DNA of 64,000 bases. It comes from Conexivisphaerales archaeon (GTDB lineage: Archaea > Thermoproteota > Nitrososphaeria > Conexivisphaerales > DTJL01). Where the stretch lies: NCBI GenBank assembly GCA_038728585.1, contig JAVYTR010000002.1:228354-292353 (forward strand), in the 5' to 3' direction. The notes beneath the pieces were generated by a model. It was not told the origin of the DNA and made no database searches. It saw only the letters and a list, made by a program, of their open reading frames with translations. Of this stretch, positions 26,755 through 36,123 are shown one piece after another (position 1 is the first letter of the stretch; each line of letters starts with the position of its first letter). The position numbers and the translations under genes were made by a program.

Positions 26755-29700
26755 TGTTGGGACTCGGCAGCGTCTTCTATCTGTTTACGCAGTCCTCTGA
26801 AAATCGCAGGCATAAAACGCTTAAGCTTACTGAATGACAGCGAAAGGCCCAAAGAGATAGCCAGACCGATTATTCCGCCCACAACAGGATAGCTCAACGC
26901 TAGTGTAACATATTCTATTCCACCTGATTGCTGGCTTGGATTTATCGGTAAAGTTGCTCCAAGATAAGATATCTTCATCTGGTATCCATCTGGGGGAAGC
27001 TGGGGGAAGTACGCGTATCCTGATGCGTTAGTAAGAACATGTATTTCTGTTCCATTTGGAAGAATGAGCGAGACATAGGCATTCTTAATTGGTTGGCCGA
27101 ACACATCTTGCACTCTTATAGTATCAGAATGTATGTTCAGTCCGAAGACAATAGTGCTTGGACTTTCAACAGTAAAAGTAGCGTTGGAAGTGGTAATTGG
27201 AGCCACACTCGTCCCTCCCCACTCTGCACCGAGCAGAGTATATGTAACACCGCTTAGAGACCAGAAAGAGAAATTGTTTTCCAGCTGGATAATACCTTGA
27301 GAATAGCTTAATAGAACTTCGGTCGGCACAACTCTTGACTTCTGAGCATCGATAAAGCTTAGGTTAACCCTGTAGAAACTTGAATACTGCGCCAAAATAG
27401 CGACATCGTTTTGCACTCTTATGGTTATGTTACTATCGTCACTCTTTATACCGCCTGCCCATCCAACGAACCTGATTTGTTCGTTCTTCGAAACTGATAT
27501 CAGTGGTAAGGCGCTTATGTTATGGGCCGAGTCTATTACCCAGCTGAAGCTTACTGGAAGCAAATAAGTTCTGCCGTCTATCATTACTGAGCTATCTGGC
27601 TGGTTCGATTCGAAAGAAATTGTAGCTACATTATTGATGATAGCTGATTGGCCAAACAGAGCCAAAACCGTAGTGTCAGAAGTCAAGGGAAATGATATCA
27701 TGCTACCATTGCCTGCATAATTCCCGTTTACAAACCAACTCTCTAAGACCCACCCAGCTATCGGTTTCGCTGCTATATTGATCATAGAACCTGCTGGTAG
27801 CTGGTATGAACCACTCTGAGGTTCTGTGGAACCAAAACCCGCAGGTCCAGACGCTATCGTCAGGGTGTAGTACTGTTGTTGATTCTGCTGAGTCATGTTA
27901 TCGTTTCCGTTTGATCCACTACCTCCTGATTGCACTTCTCCGCTACCTGATGTGTTATTTTGCTGTTGTCCTGATCCTGTTGAAGATTGTGCAGCCAATA
28001 CACTGATGCTCAGGATAGCTGTGGCAAGTAGAGTTGAAGAATTGGCTTGTAAGATCACAGTGTAAATGCCTGGTTGCATAGAAGAAGAAGCAGTCACATA
28101 AAGTGAAGATGTGAAGTTTGTATATGCAGTACTTGGTGAGAATGTAACTCCCAGACCATTCGGCAACTGGAAAGCTGAAAGCGATACTTTTTGAGAAGCA
28201 ACACGATAGCTGTTCACGTTTAGCGATAAAGAGGTAGAGTTACCCTGTGTTAGCGTCACGGAAGACTGAGAGGGCGATATTGTCAGGCTACCTGTCTGTG
28301 AAGTATTCCCCAAGGTGACAGTTAGCGTGACTGCGTTGTCCCCTACAAAGTGGACGTATAACAACTGATTGTTAGTGTCATAATACCACCCAGTTTCAGT
28401 CCTGTTTGACCATGAATTACCGTTCCAAAACATTCCTATATGGCTGCTGTTCAGACTCTGCAGTGTCTGGTATTCCGGTATCTGGCCCGAATTAGAAGAT
28501 GTAACCGCTTGTGGCTTGGACGCGACGTGTAAAATAGCCCAACCAGAGAATGCATGTGGCCCGGTAAGAAAGTATTCCGCCGAATTCTGAGTTAGGTTAG
28601 ATATATTTAATCTGAGATTAGTATAAAGTAGAGAGATACTGGCAGTGCTGGTATTGAATACGTAAACTGGATTCCAGCCTTGACTTGGAATGTTGATGCT
28701 AAGACCAAATGAAGTTCCGCTTCCTCTGCCCACCACAGACCAGTCTAATGCACTAACTGCAATCCAACCGTTCTGGCCAATATTGTAATTGTTCAGGTTC
28801 AGGTTTATAGTAGCTCTGTCGCCAGAAGTGCTATTCGTATAGAACCATAGAAGAAGCGGAGCACCTTTTCCCCCCAAGACTGTGACACCAGTACTCGGAT
28901 CATTTGCAGAGATCGGTGCTGCATAGTTACCACCTACACCAACATACGCCATTCTGTTTAGCAAGAGACCATAGCTCATCAAAAGTCCTATCATAGGATT
29001 TGATGGATTGTTGTAAGGGAGATTACCAGGTTCCATTATTGATGTTGCAGCGCAGTATGCTTCAAGGTAAATCATGTTTCTTACGTTTGGATATGTCCCT
29101 GTAACCAAGAAACCGTTTATTGTGTTAGCTTGATTAATATGATTCCGACAAACGGATTCGTCATATGATACGGATACGCTAGTTGGTGGATTACCATTCT
29201 CAAAATCCAATACGCCGTTCATTACGTAGTTGTTGAACAGATTTAGGTTCTCGATATATGAAGTATTGTACGGGAACGGATAAGATGAAGGCTGAAGGGA
29301 GACACCAGCATAGTCATATGACGCATGGATGAAGAATGGATGATTTAAATGGTAGTTCTGCGTAAAATTATAAGTAGCATAGGAGAGACCCAGAAAGAGC
29401 TGATAATCCAGCCACAATCCGAACCATTTGGCATCGTTATTTGCAATGGTATTTGCTATTGCACGAGTGTTAGCGCCACCAGTAGCATAGAATACCAATG
29501 TCGCACAGTTCGAATAATGTTGTGTGCATTGGGGGGAATTGGCAAAATTGATGACTGTCTGGTTTGACCAGTAGTAGTCTGTTGCAAAGCCGGACCCTAG
29601 CACAATGCTTGCTCCAGGCTTCTGTAGATCCCCATGATCTGCATAAATACCTGGACCAACTTCTATACCATACCAATAACTGATTAGAGCAGGGTTTGAG

Positions 29701-30401
29701 GCTCGCATGTTATTGTATATATTCACAAGGTCATTGTAAATCTGTTTTGAAAAATCAAGAGTATCAACTCTGACATAATCCTTACCGATCGCTGACATTC
29801 TGCTAGCTGTCAGAGGTGTTCCGTTGTAGTCGTAAGTGATAAGATTGGGATATTGTTTTACCACCTGCTGTCCCCACTGTACACATTCTGTTCCATAAGA
29901 ATCCAAAGGCTCCTGAATCAAAAATGGCGTCTGATACCTCTGAATTGCAGAGGAGGTCGAACTTCCATAAATCGGGTCTGACAGTGTGATTTTACTAAAA
30001 GATGTATTCGCGTTCGAACACCACCCCGCTCTCCCCTCCCATGGAAGAATCAATGAAGCCATGGATTGTTGCTCCTGCATCTGCATATCTGTTACTCCCT
30101 GGCCGAAAGACCAGCCCCCTCCTCCCCACGAAGCAAACTGGTAAGTGACATATGGTATCTGTAATCCACCCGTAAATGAAACTGACGGACTGAAAGAAGA
30201 ATTTGAGATGATTGTTGAGTTAGACTGTAAGGGAGGTGGTGAGGTCAAAGGGGAGTTGTTTGCTATGCTTACAATCAGCAAAGCAATGACTACTAGTGCA
30301 GAAATAGCTCCCAAGATGTATTTCCATTTTGCAATGAATTTAATAAAGGCATTGGCACTAAACAATAAATATGCGCTTTTTATTAGGTTTCTAGCAGTCA
30401 T
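26751..30401 (-). CDS. giant (1216 aa) extracellular multidomain protein, anchored at both ends and rich in N-glycosylation sequons
   Basis: N-terminal TM 'YILGAISALVVIALLIVSIA' and C-terminal TM 'VVGGIIGLAISLGLSLSF' plus a basic tail. About 30 N-x-S/T sequons counted by eye. There is a Gln/Asn/Ser/Gly linker ('QSSTGSGQQQNNTSGSGEVQSGGSGSNGNDNMTQQNQQQ'). Ig-like segments, a Listeria/Bacteroides-repeat-like segment ('YTLTIASGPAGFGSTEP..AKPIAGWVLESWFVNG') and a carboxypeptidase-regulatory-like segment ('PIKNAYVSLILPNGTEIHVLTNASGYAYF') are present. The ~550-aa N-terminal domain is unassigned. Confidence 0.75.
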   Translation of the reverse strand: MTARNLIKSAYLLFSANAFIKFIAKWKYILGAISALVVIALLIVSIANNSPLTSPPPLQSNSTIISNSSFSPSVSFTGGLQIPYVTYQFASWGGGGWSFGQGVTDMQMQEQQSMASLILPWEGRAGWCSNANTSFSKITLSDPIYGSSTSSAIQRYQTPFLIQEPLDSYGTECVQWGQQVVKQYPNLITYDYNGTPLTASRMSAIGKDYVRVDTLDFSKQIYNDLVNIYNNMRASNPALISYWYGIEVGPGIYADHGDLQKPGASIVLGSGFATDYYWSNQTVINFANSPQCTQHYSNCATLVFYATGGANTRAIANTIANNDAKWFGLWLDYQLFLGLSYATYNFTQNYHLNHPFFIHASYDYAGVSLQPSSYPFPYNTSYIENLNLFNNYVMNGVLDFENGNPPTSVSVSYDESVCRNHINQANTINGFLVTGTYPNVRNMIYLEAYCAATSIMEPGNLPYNNPSNPMIGLLMSYGLLLNRMAYVGVGGNYAAPISANDPSTGVTVLGGKGAPLLLWFYTNSTSGDRATINLNLNNYNIGQNGWIAVSALDWSVVGRGSGTSFGLSINIPSQGWNPVYVFNTSTASISLLYTNLRLNISNLTQNSAEYFLTGPHAFSGWAILHVASKPQAVTSSNSGQIPEYQTLQSLNSSHIGMFWNGNSWSNRTETGWYYDTNNQLLYVHFVGDNAVTLTVTLGNTSQTGSLTISPSQSSVTLTQGNSTSLSLNVNSYRVASQKVSLSAFQLPNGLGVTFSPSTAYTNFTSSLYVTASSSMQPGIYTVILQANSSTLLATAILSISVLAAQSSTGSGQQQNNTSGSGEVQSGGSGSNGNDNMTQQNQQQYYTLTIASGPAGFGSTEPQSGSYQLPAGSMINIAAKPIAGWVLESWFVNGNYAGNGSMISFPLTSDTTVLALFGQSAIINNVATISFESNQPDSSVMIDGRTYLLPVSFSWVIDSAHNISALPLISVSKNEQIRFVGWAGGIKSDDSNITIRVQNDVAILAQYSSFYRVNLSFIDAQKSRVVPTEVLLSYSQGIIQLENNFSFWSLSGVTYTLLGAEWGGTSVAPITTSNATFTVESPSTIVFGLNIHSDTIRVQDVFGQPIKNAYVSLILPNGTEIHVLTNASGYAYFPQLPPDGYQMKISYLGATLPINPSQQSGGIEYVTLALSYPVVGGIIGLAISLGLSLSFSKLKRFMPAIFRGLRKQIEDAAESQQ

Positions 30402-31195
30402 CTGTAAACAATATCTCTATTTTTCTTACTCATATCTGTATATAAATCAAGAGAATAGTCAGAAAGTCTAAATTTTCTATTAAATGGATCATTATACTGT
30501 TCGTAGAACCTAAATGTCAAATACGCAATCGTTGCTATTGAAATATGAGCCATTTTTATAAAAGTGCTTTTTTCCGCCCAGTAACTTCTGACGGGTTTAC
30601 TCATACGAAAGGAGTCACGGTATACGTAATAATTATGGGGTATTCCGTGTTTACGCTTTCTTAATAATTGACCTATTTTGACTCTGGTCGGTTTATCGAC
30701 ATATACTAACTTTCCTGCCTTAGCAGCCCTAGACCATAAGTCAAAATCTTCTCCCCAATTAAGATTTCTCCAACCCCCTAGTTGTGCGATTACATCTCTA
30801 GGACCGATCAGGAAGTCCCTTAATACTAGTATCTTCCCCTCTATATGCTCATGGTAAAAATCAATAGTAGGTCGAAAATCGCCTATCACGTCGTCCAAAT
30901 CGACCTGGCTGATAATATAATCGCCTTTCGATTTTTCAAATGCCATCTGCCTTGCAAGTCCTCTGCATCTCTTCGCCTGATAGTAGAGTCGAAGCAGTCC
31001 TTTTTCTGCGTATTTTTCTAGTATTTCGCGAGAACCATCTGTGCTATTACCATCTACAACTACTATTTCGTACCTATCGTCGATATAATTAAAGATAGCC
31101 TGTAAGGATTCTTCGATAATAGGGAATGAATTGTAGTTAATTATACAAATAGAGTAAGTAATCCCGGTCACTTTGCTGTCACTTGTGCTACTCAA
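30398..31195 (-). CDS. small family 2 glycosyltransferase (subfamily with paralogues at 39822 and 57544)
   Basis: 'YSICIINYNS', 'IVVVDGNSTDGS', 'SQVDLDD' and 'LGGWRNLNWGEDFDLWSRAA'. Confidence 0.8.
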   Translation of the reverse strand: MSSTSDSKVTGITYSICIINYNSFPIIEESLQAIFNYIDDRYEIVVVDGNSTDGSREILEKYAEKGLLRLYYQAKRCRGLARQMAFEKSKGDYIISQVDLDDVIGDFRPTIDFYHEHIEGKILVLRDFLIGPRDVIAQLGGWRNLNWGEDFDLWSRAAKAGKLVYVDKPTRVKIGQLLRKRKHGIPHNYYVYRDSFRMSKPVRSYWAEKSTFIKMAHISIATIAYLTFRFYEQYNDPFNRKFRLSDYSLDLYTDMSKKNRDIVYR

Positions 31196-31203
31196 CTACT
31201 TAA

Positions 31204-32340
31204 TCATTGACCAAGCAACCATTGGTAGGTTACATCCATTTTGGCCAGGAAGCGGTGTTTTGCGTACTTTTCTTCGGCAAACAGTTTCGCTCTGGCTATT
31301 TGATATGAAATTTTCTCCTTATTTTGTAAGACGAAATCAAACGCTTTCGCCAAGCTAAGTGGGTCGTTAGATGGCACGAATACTGCATTTCCGTTTGTGA
31401 CCTCTTTATATATAATGTTATCTGATGCAATAATTGGCACTTGGTGCAACATAGCGTCTGCCAACGACATGGCGAAGGTTTCACCTCCGGCAAACGAATC
31501 TGTATAGATACAGAAGGCATCAGCCATCCGATAAAATATACTAGGGTTGTCAACATATCCTGTCAGTATGACATCTGGATATAATTTTTTGAGTTTCATA
31601 AAGAAACGGTTTGTCGCAGTGCCCATTCCTGCCAGTACAAGAGAGACTTGTGACTTATGACCCATCAGGTTGTAAGCCTTGCAGATATCCTCTATTCCTT
31701 TTGTAGACTTTATTTTACCGAAATAGAGAATGATTTTTTTATCTTCTACTCCCAGCTTTTGTCTTGTTACCTGAATCTCCTTATTAGAAATCTGTGACGG
31801 ATCCCTACAGAAGTTTGGGATTACAACCGTCTTCCTGAACATGTAAGGTGCTGTATTGGAAATCAGATCATCTCTTGCAGCTTTAGTTGGACATATCACA
31901 AGCCTAGCGGCCTTCATACTCAACTTCAAAATCTGCAAGCCTATCAGATGACTTGGCTTGGATCGGTAGCCTACCTCTCTTGATATAGCATTGTGAAGAT
32001 GCATCACCTTCTTGATCTTACTGGGATAAAGAAGGAGGCAAATAATGGCTCCTTCGAGACCATGACAATGAACTATTCTTGGCTTTAATCTCCTTATCAT
32101 TAATAATGCCTTGACACACCATATAAGATAACCTAGTGCTTCCGCCTTAGGTGTATCGAGTTGTATTACTTGATTTTCCGAAACGTATCCTTTCCAGCGC
32201 CTTGTAATAACATAAGAGGAATAGCTTGACCGCATCAGAAAGGTATGTAAGGCTTGAACTATGTTTTCAATGCCACCAATTCTATCTGGAGGATATCCAG
32301 CACAGACCTGAACCACACATGCATCTTTATTGTTCTTCAT
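31204..32340 (-). CDS. family 4 glycosyltransferase
   Basis: 'GGIENIVQAL' N-terminus and a GT-B C-terminal domain 'GGETFAMSLADAMLHQVPIIAS' (less canonical EX7E). Confidence 0.75.
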   Translation of the reverse strand: MKNNKDACVVQVCAGYPPDRIGGIENIVQALHTFLMRSSYSSYVITRRWKGYVSENQVIQLDTPKAEALGYLIWCVKALLMIRRLKPRIVHCHGLEGAIICLLLYPSKIKKVMHLHNAISREVGYRSKPSHLIGLQILKLSMKAARLVICPTKAARDDLISNTAPYMFRKTVVIPNFCRDPSQISNKEIQVTRQKLGVEDKKIILYFGKIKSTKGIEDICKAYNLMGHKSQVSLVLAGMGTATNRFFMKLKKLYPDVILTGYVDNPSIFYRMADAFCIYTDSFAGGETFAMSLADAMLHQVPIIASDNIIYKEVTNGNAVFVPSNDPLSLAKAFDFVLQNKEKISYQIARAKLFAEEKYAKHRFLAKMDVTYQWLLGQ

Positions 32341-32362
32341 AGATTTCCCAGCAAACCAGACG

Positions 32363-33157
32363 TTACAAACCAGACTTGGCGTTGGATATTTCGCCGATAA
32401 TTATAGCATTGGCTCTTGGATAGGGTGGCATCGTAGACCTCCTTATCTTAAAACCACCATACTTACACTTTATGGCTTCTTCGTATGTGCATTCGCACCA
32501 CCTGTTATCATAACTTACTCTTCTCATAAACGTCAACTTTGAAAATTTTGCTAGTGTGGGGATGTAGTTATCCAGAAACGGATTGTAACCTAAAGGAACA
32601 GAAAATAAGATCCTTCCAGTTGGTTTAAGCAGAGAGATTAGCTTAGAAATCGCATTCTGGAATCCATGTGGGTCAGACACACCCCGTTTTATGCTGAATC
32701 CGATGTGCTCCAAGGTAGATATGCTAACAATCAAATCATAACGGTGTCGGGAATTGAAAGTGAGAATATCTTCGTTAATTACTCCTGGCCATACTTCGTA
32801 CTTATCTACCACGTCATGAGAAATGGTAAAGTAGTGGGAAAGTACGTTTCCTACCTCAAGGATTTTCCTATCTCTCATTTCTCTCACACTCTTCCATATA
32901 ATCGGAATTTCAACTGTTCTTTCGCTCGACCACGCCTCATTGTAATCTCCGTAGAAATACTGATACTCTTCTCCTCTAAAAGTGAATGTCTTCTGGTCTT
33001 TGTCTGTTATCTCTTTCTTAATAATAGCTAGCTCCTTCTTTCTTTCTTCCGAGGTTATTACATTAGCCATCTTCCTGATATCCGAAAGATTCGGATGTTT
33101 AATAGAGTACAAAATCAGTCTAGGATGTTTCAAGATAAAAAGAGGCCTCAGCCTCAA
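32363..33157 (-). CDS. class I methyltransferase-fold protein (degenerate SAM motif)
   Basis: 'KILEVGNVLSHY', 'DLIVSISTLEHIG' and 'LLKPTGRILFSVP' follow the MTase motif I / post-II / 'LkPGG' order. The start may be the internal M (MANVITSEE) at ~33070. Confidence 0.5.
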   Translation of the reverse strand: MRLRPLFILKHPRLILYSIKHPNLSDIRKMANVITSEERKKELAIIKKEITDKDQKTFTFRGEEYQYFYGDYNEAWSSERTVEIPIIWKSVREMRDRKILEVGNVLSHYFTISHDVVDKYEVWPGVINEDILTFNSRHRYDLIVSISTLEHIGFSIKRGVSDPHGFQNAISKLISLLKPTGRILFSVPLGYNPFLDNYIPTLAKFSKLTFMRRVSYDNRWCECTYEEAIKCKYGGFKIRRSTMPPYPRANAIIIGEISNAKSGL

Positions 33158-33204
33158 TTAGCAATCACCTCAGAACAATTATATTTCCAACCAAGTCTGA
33201 CGTA

Positions 33205-34037
33205 TTGACGTTGAAGCTCCCCAAGAAAGCAACAGCAGGTGTGAGATTATTACCAGATTTTCTTATCGTGGGGGCTCAGAAAGCTGGCACTTCAACTATG
33301 CATTCCCTTCTTGCCGCGCACCCTTGTATAAGGAGCTGTTCCGTAAAGGAACCGTCTTTCTTTTACCTTAAATACGATAGGGGGCTGCTCTGGTATAGAT
33401 CTCATTTTCCGACTATGCTTTCCAAGATATTCCATACGATGACTCGCGATACAAAATTTCTGACGTTCGAATCTACCGTGTCTTATCTTTACGATCCGCA
33501 TGCAGCGAAACGAATATCAACGTGCCTTCCTGACGTGAAAATTATAGTGATGTTAAGGAACCATGTGGACAGAGCATATTCCGAATTCTGGTACAGGAGA
33601 AACGTATGGAATGACTACGAATTTGATACTTTTGAGGACGCGATAAACTTTGAAATGAGAACAAAGATAGCAGAACAGGAATATAAGATTTTGCAGAGAG
33701 ACGAAGAGTACCCTTATCATAAATTTTACCGATATTCGTACCTTTCTCGTGGGATTTATGCTTTCCAAATCGAGAACCTGTTCAGGTATATAAATAAAAA
33801 GCAGATCAGATCTTGATAATCAGAAGCGAAGATTTCTTTGAAAACTGGCAGCGAGAATACATAAGAGTTCTAACATTTCTAGGGTTGAAAAAGCAACTTC
33901 CAGCTAAAGTTGAAATCAAGAAAGAAGGAAAATACCCGCCAATGAAAATGGAAACGCGCAGGATGCTAACACGCTATTTTCAACCATATAACGAGAGATT
34001 GTACAAGATACTTGGTGTCAACTTTGGATGGAATTAA
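33205..34037 (+). pseudogene. PAPS-dependent sulfotransferase disrupted by a 5-bp tandem duplication
   Basis: 5'-PSB motif 'PDFLIVGAQKAGTSTMHSLL' and 3'-PB motif 'VMLRNHVDRAYSEFWY'. ORF 33205..33816 ends 'NKKQIRS*' and ORF 33813..34037 continues 'IIRSEDFFENW..LTFLGL'. Removing one copy of 'cagat' gives an uninterrupted 'KKQILIIRSEDFF'. Confidence 0.8.
33802..33811 (+). repeat. 5-bp tandem duplication (cagat-cagat) causing the sulfotransferase frameshift
   Basis: Read directly: 'aag CAGAT CAGAT cttgataatc'. Confidence 0.9.
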
Positions 34038-35205
34038 CCACTTGCTTTAAGACCAGTAGTTCTTTATCGGCAACAGAATCCCAAGAATACTTCAATGCAT
34101 TTAGATAGGCTCTCTCCGAAATGGATTGACTTTTTGCTCGGTCATAGAGAAGGCTCAATACCGCTTTGCTCCATTCTGACGGCTCATCACTTCCGACAAA
34201 CAAGGCACAGTTCTTAAAATTCTCCTTCAAAGCTGGCAGAGAGGGAAGTATGCACGGAACCTTCAAGGCCATAGCTTCAAGGATGGCTAGACCAAAGCCT
34301 TCGCGTTCTGAAGTAGTTATGAATGTCTTGGATGATGCTAGTATATCACGTAATACGCTGTCCTCGACGAAACCTGTAAAGGTGACATTATCTTGTAAGC
34401 CAAGTTGTTTAACTATGTCAAGACAGTGGTTAAAGTATCTCTGGCTTTCTGCACCACCCACAATCACCAGCTTAGCATCCCGCTTTTCTTCAACGACACT
34501 TTTCCATATCCTCAATAAGAAGTCAATTCTCTTTCTTGGGCTTATTCTACCTACGTAACAACCGTCATAGATTTTTTCGGTTTTGATATCCATGAACCAT
34601 TCTCCAGATATTCCATTCCCTGTAGTTAACACAAGCCTCGGCCTGAATGAGCAGACCAGTCTATCCTTAGTAGCTTTGCTAACTGTGAGGCAAGCCTTGG
34701 TGCTGGCAAAAGCTCTGTTTCTCAGCAAGTTAATAATTGCCTGTGTAAAAGCTTCACTTCCACCCAGCATCCCACGAACTACCCGAATAGAATCTTTGAG
34801 AATAGATGACGAATTCTGATACGGAAAGGAATGAAAAACCACGACAAAAGGTATTCTGCAGATCTTACTTGCGAAATACGCAGTAATCAGGTTTGTATAG
34901 ACACTGCTAGTTGAGTAGATTACATTGCATTTGCTCTTTCTACATGCTAGTGCTGTAAGAAGCCCTAGCCTAAAAATCTGAACTAATTCAAGTATGTTTC
35001 TTCCACTTTTCCTTTTTACAGTTATCGAAATATACCCTACTTTCATCGCCTTGCTCAAAGACGGTTCATATTCTACTGCGAATGCCTTTATCTTTCTCTT
35101 TTTGAATTCATTCGAAAGTTCAACGAATCGTCGCTCAACTCCGCCCAAGACCTTTCCGTACTGGTAGTCATGGAAGAAAGTTGCCATAAGTCTGATCTCC
35201 GCCAT
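34018..35205 (-). CDS. family 4 glycosyltransferase
   Basis: 'LGGVERRFVEL' N-terminus and 'TSEREGFGLAILEAMALKVPCILPS' EX7E motif. Confidence 0.85.
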   Translation of the reverse strand: MAEIRLMATFFHDYQYGKVLGGVERRFVELSNEFKKRKIKAFAVEYEPSLSKAMKVGYISITVKRKSGRNILELVQIFRLGLLTALACRKSKCNVIYSTSSVYTNLITAYFASKICRIPFVVVFHSFPYQNSSSILKDSIRVVRGMLGGSEAFTQAIINLLRNRAFASTKACLTVSKATKDRLVCSFRPRLVLTTGNGISGEWFMDIKTEKIYDGCYVGRISPRKRIDFLLRIWKSVVEEKRDAKLVIVGGAESQRYFNHCLDIVKQLGLQDNVTFTGFVEDSVLRDILASSKTFITTSEREGFGLAILEAMALKVPCILPSLPALKENFKNCALFVGSDEPSEWSKAVLSLLYDRAKSQSISERAYLNALKYSWDSVADKELLVLKQVVNSIQS

Positions 35206-35261
35206 TTTAATCTAACCCTTTACCCTGAAAACGTATAAATTGACAAACAAGGGTATCATAC

Positions 35262-36098
35262 GTGTTGGATACATCGCTACTGGTCAGTGCTGTGATGCCC
35301 AATCGTAATAACGCAAAATTCATTCAATCAGCCATAGACAGTGTGCTTAAACAGGCATATAGTAACGTTGAATTGATAGTCGTAGATGATGGTTCAGAGG
35401 ACAACTCGCTCGATATAGTCGAACATTTCCTCAGAGTAGGCAGAGAAATAAGGCTGCTAAAGACAGGAGGAAGGAGAGGATCTGCCGCTGCAAGGAACTT
35501 GGGTATCAAAAACGCAAGAGGCGAATGTATTGCATTCATAGATTCTGATGATATGTGGGTCCCGAGTAAACTGCAAAGACAGATGGAGGAATACTTGCTG
35601 AAAGGGCCATGCATTGTGTACCATGACTGGATGCGAATAGACGAATCAGGCAATATCTTGCCTGCTGGAAAGCTGAGACGCCCTAAAAAGAGCGGTCGAG
35701 TTTTCGATGAATTTCTAAGCATGGCTTTTGGAGCTAGCAGTATGTTTCTTGTACCAAGAAGATATCTTGATTCAGCACATATGTTCGACGAATCGCTTCC
35801 ATGGGCCGAAGACCTCGATTTTTCCCTGAAACTTGCAAGAGATTTCATGTTTTCTTATGTCGATGAAAGGCTATACTGTTATAGAATTCACAATAGAAGC
35901 AAGACAATGACAATGCCAAGAATGAAAAGAATAGAATGGGAATGCAGAGTGATAGAGAGACACTTTGAAGCCAGCAAAAACTCGATTCCGGATGAAACTA
36001 GGCAAAGGGTGATAAAACTGCTTGGAGACTACTATAAGAAGACACATCAGTACCACAAGTTACTAGCCCTGAAATTGAAAAATGCCGGTATCGAATAA
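35262..36098 (+). CDS. family 2 glycosyltransferase
   Basis: 'VSAVMPNRNNAKFIQSAIDSVLKQ', 'LIVVDDGSEDNS' and 'AFIDSDDMW'. It is a paralogue of 13816..14682. Confidence 0.85.
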   Translation: MLDTSLLVSAVMPNRNNAKFIQSAIDSVLKQAYSNVELIVVDDGSEDNSLDIVEHFLRVGREIRLLKTGGRRGSAAARNLGIKNARGECIAFIDSDDMWVPSKLQRQMEEYLLKGPCIVYHDWMRIDESGNILPAGKLRRPKKSGRVFDEFLSMAFGASSMFLVPRRYLDSAHMFDESLPWAEDLDFSLKLARDFMFSYVDERLYCYRIHNRSKTMTMPRMKRIEWECRVIERHFEASKNSIPDETRQRVIKLLGDYYKKTHQYHKLLALKLKNAGIE

Positions 36099-36123
36099 TT
36101 TTTCATGGTTAGAAGTGTCAACT

